This document shows positions 54,367 through 55,013 of a DNA stretch of 55,013 nt, piece after piece. The first letter of the stretch is position 1. Each line of letters opens with the position of its first letter. Origin of the DNA: Terriglobales bacterium (GTDB taxonomy: Bacteria > Acidobacteriota > Terriglobia > Terriglobales > Acidobacteriaceae); assembly GCA_038199445.1 (NCBI GenBank), contig JBBPYY010000112.1, positions 1 through 55,013 on the forward strand, given 5' to 3'. The notes under the pieces were generated by a model. It was not told where the DNA came from, did not search any database, and saw only the letters and a list, made by a program, of their open reading frames with translations. The translations under genes were made by a program, and so were the position numbers.

Positions 54367-55013
54367 TTCGTACGCGATTTTTTTGTTGCGATCGTGCGCG
54401 CGCCAGCGGTGGACTCACGGACCACGAGCTCGGGTTCAAAGGTAATGACTTCGGGATAAGGATTGCCGGGGGATGCAATTCGGCTGAGCAGGAGTTGTGC
54501 ACTGGTCCATCCCATTTGGTGCAGGGGCTGTCGAATCGTCGTCAGACGCGGGCTGTGATAGGCCGCCGCGATGATGTCATCGAACCCGATGACAGAGATG
54601 TCGCGGGGACACGCAAGGCCAACGTCCTGAATCGCGCGAATGGCGCCGATCGCTGCTGTGTCATTGAAGCAGAAAATCGCGGTGAAATCGCGTGTCCGTG
54701 CCAGCAACTCGCGCACCGGCGGATAGCCGAGTTCCGGCGACCAAAAATTTTTCTGAAGAAAAATACACAGTTCAGGTCGAACCGTGATCCCGATTTCCCG
54801 CGCGATATCGGCGATCGATTGCCAACGTGTCTCAGCATCCAGCGAAAAGCGCTGGCCCCTCATGAATGCGATACGCCTATGGCCGAGGTCGTATAAGTGT
54901 TGGAGTGCCATGCGCGCACCACGAATGTGATCCAGCTCTACGTTTGTAACCCCGCGCATTTTGTTGTGCGATGAGATGCCAACGACTGGAATAGAAACGG
55001 ACTCGGGCAGCTC
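54363..55013 (-). CDS. LacI family transcriptional regulator; N-terminal HTH lies outside the window
   Basis: Periplasmic-binding-protein-like effector domain (IAFM..., AIFCFNDTAAIGAIRA, ISVIGFDD). The frame stays open to the window edge (ELPESVSIPVVGISSHNK precedes the first ATG). Confidence 0.8.
   Translation of the reverse strand, partial: ELPESVSIPVVGISSHNKMRGVTNVELDHIRGARMALQHLYDLGHRRIAFMRGQRFSLDAETRWQSIADIAREIGITVRPELCIFLQKNFWSPELGYPPVRELLARTRDFTAIFCFNDTAAIGAIRAIQDVGLACPRDISVIGFDDIIAAAYHSPRLTTIRQPLHQMGWTSAQLLLSRIASPGNPYPEVITFEPELVVRESTAGARTIATKKSRTK

Noticed and set aside
46241-55013. Searched by eye for a direct repeat of the tRNA-Val 3' end (attR) to delimit an island
   Set aside because: Only a weak, gapped resemblance exists near 46295-46315 (GACTCCTGTTCACGCC versus GAGTCTCCTCGTGCC). 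This is not convincing, and the boundary may lie outside the window or be eroded.

Overview
This is a 55 kb stretch of high-GC bacterial chromosome (roughly 58-65% GC by eye, lower at both ends). It is most likely Acidobacteriota, inferred from two TIGR03436-type VWA proteins, a TIGR03118-type protein and a CarboxypepD_reg-type TonB receptor. Most of it is core metabolism. Main blocks: (a) ispE - tRNA-Gln - prs - ctc - pth - rpsF - rpsR - rplI; (b) chorismate mutase - DAHP synthase - tyrA; (c) a minus-strand his operon, hisI-G-D-C-B-H-F-A plus an aminotransferase; (d) secreted peptidases of families M61 and M13 and a retropepsin-like protease; (e) ndk, sodC, tatA and ppk2; (f) a GlcNAc/chitooligosaccharide locus with a SIS deaminase-like gene, GH20, GH3, an MFS transporter and a LacI regulator. 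There are three tRNAs: Gln-TTG, Met-CAT and Val-GAC. Two cis-regulatory RNAs are readable directly from the sequence. One is a cobalamin riboswitch ahead of a TonB-dependent receptor. The other is a His-codon leader peptide with a terminator/antiterminator ahead of hisI. A multiply frameshifted tyrosine integrase lies next to tRNA-Val. I found no CRISPR array, no intact IS or prophage, and no recognisable defence or toxin-antitoxin module. I cannot point to a convincing new multi-gene system. The best novelty candidates are the his attenuator, the roughly 90-aa Gly/Ser/His extension on S18, and the family-less genes at 0.4-2.4 kb and 6.3-9.4 kb with their repeat-rich intergenic regions. All coordinates were hand-derived, and function calls rest on motif recognition only.
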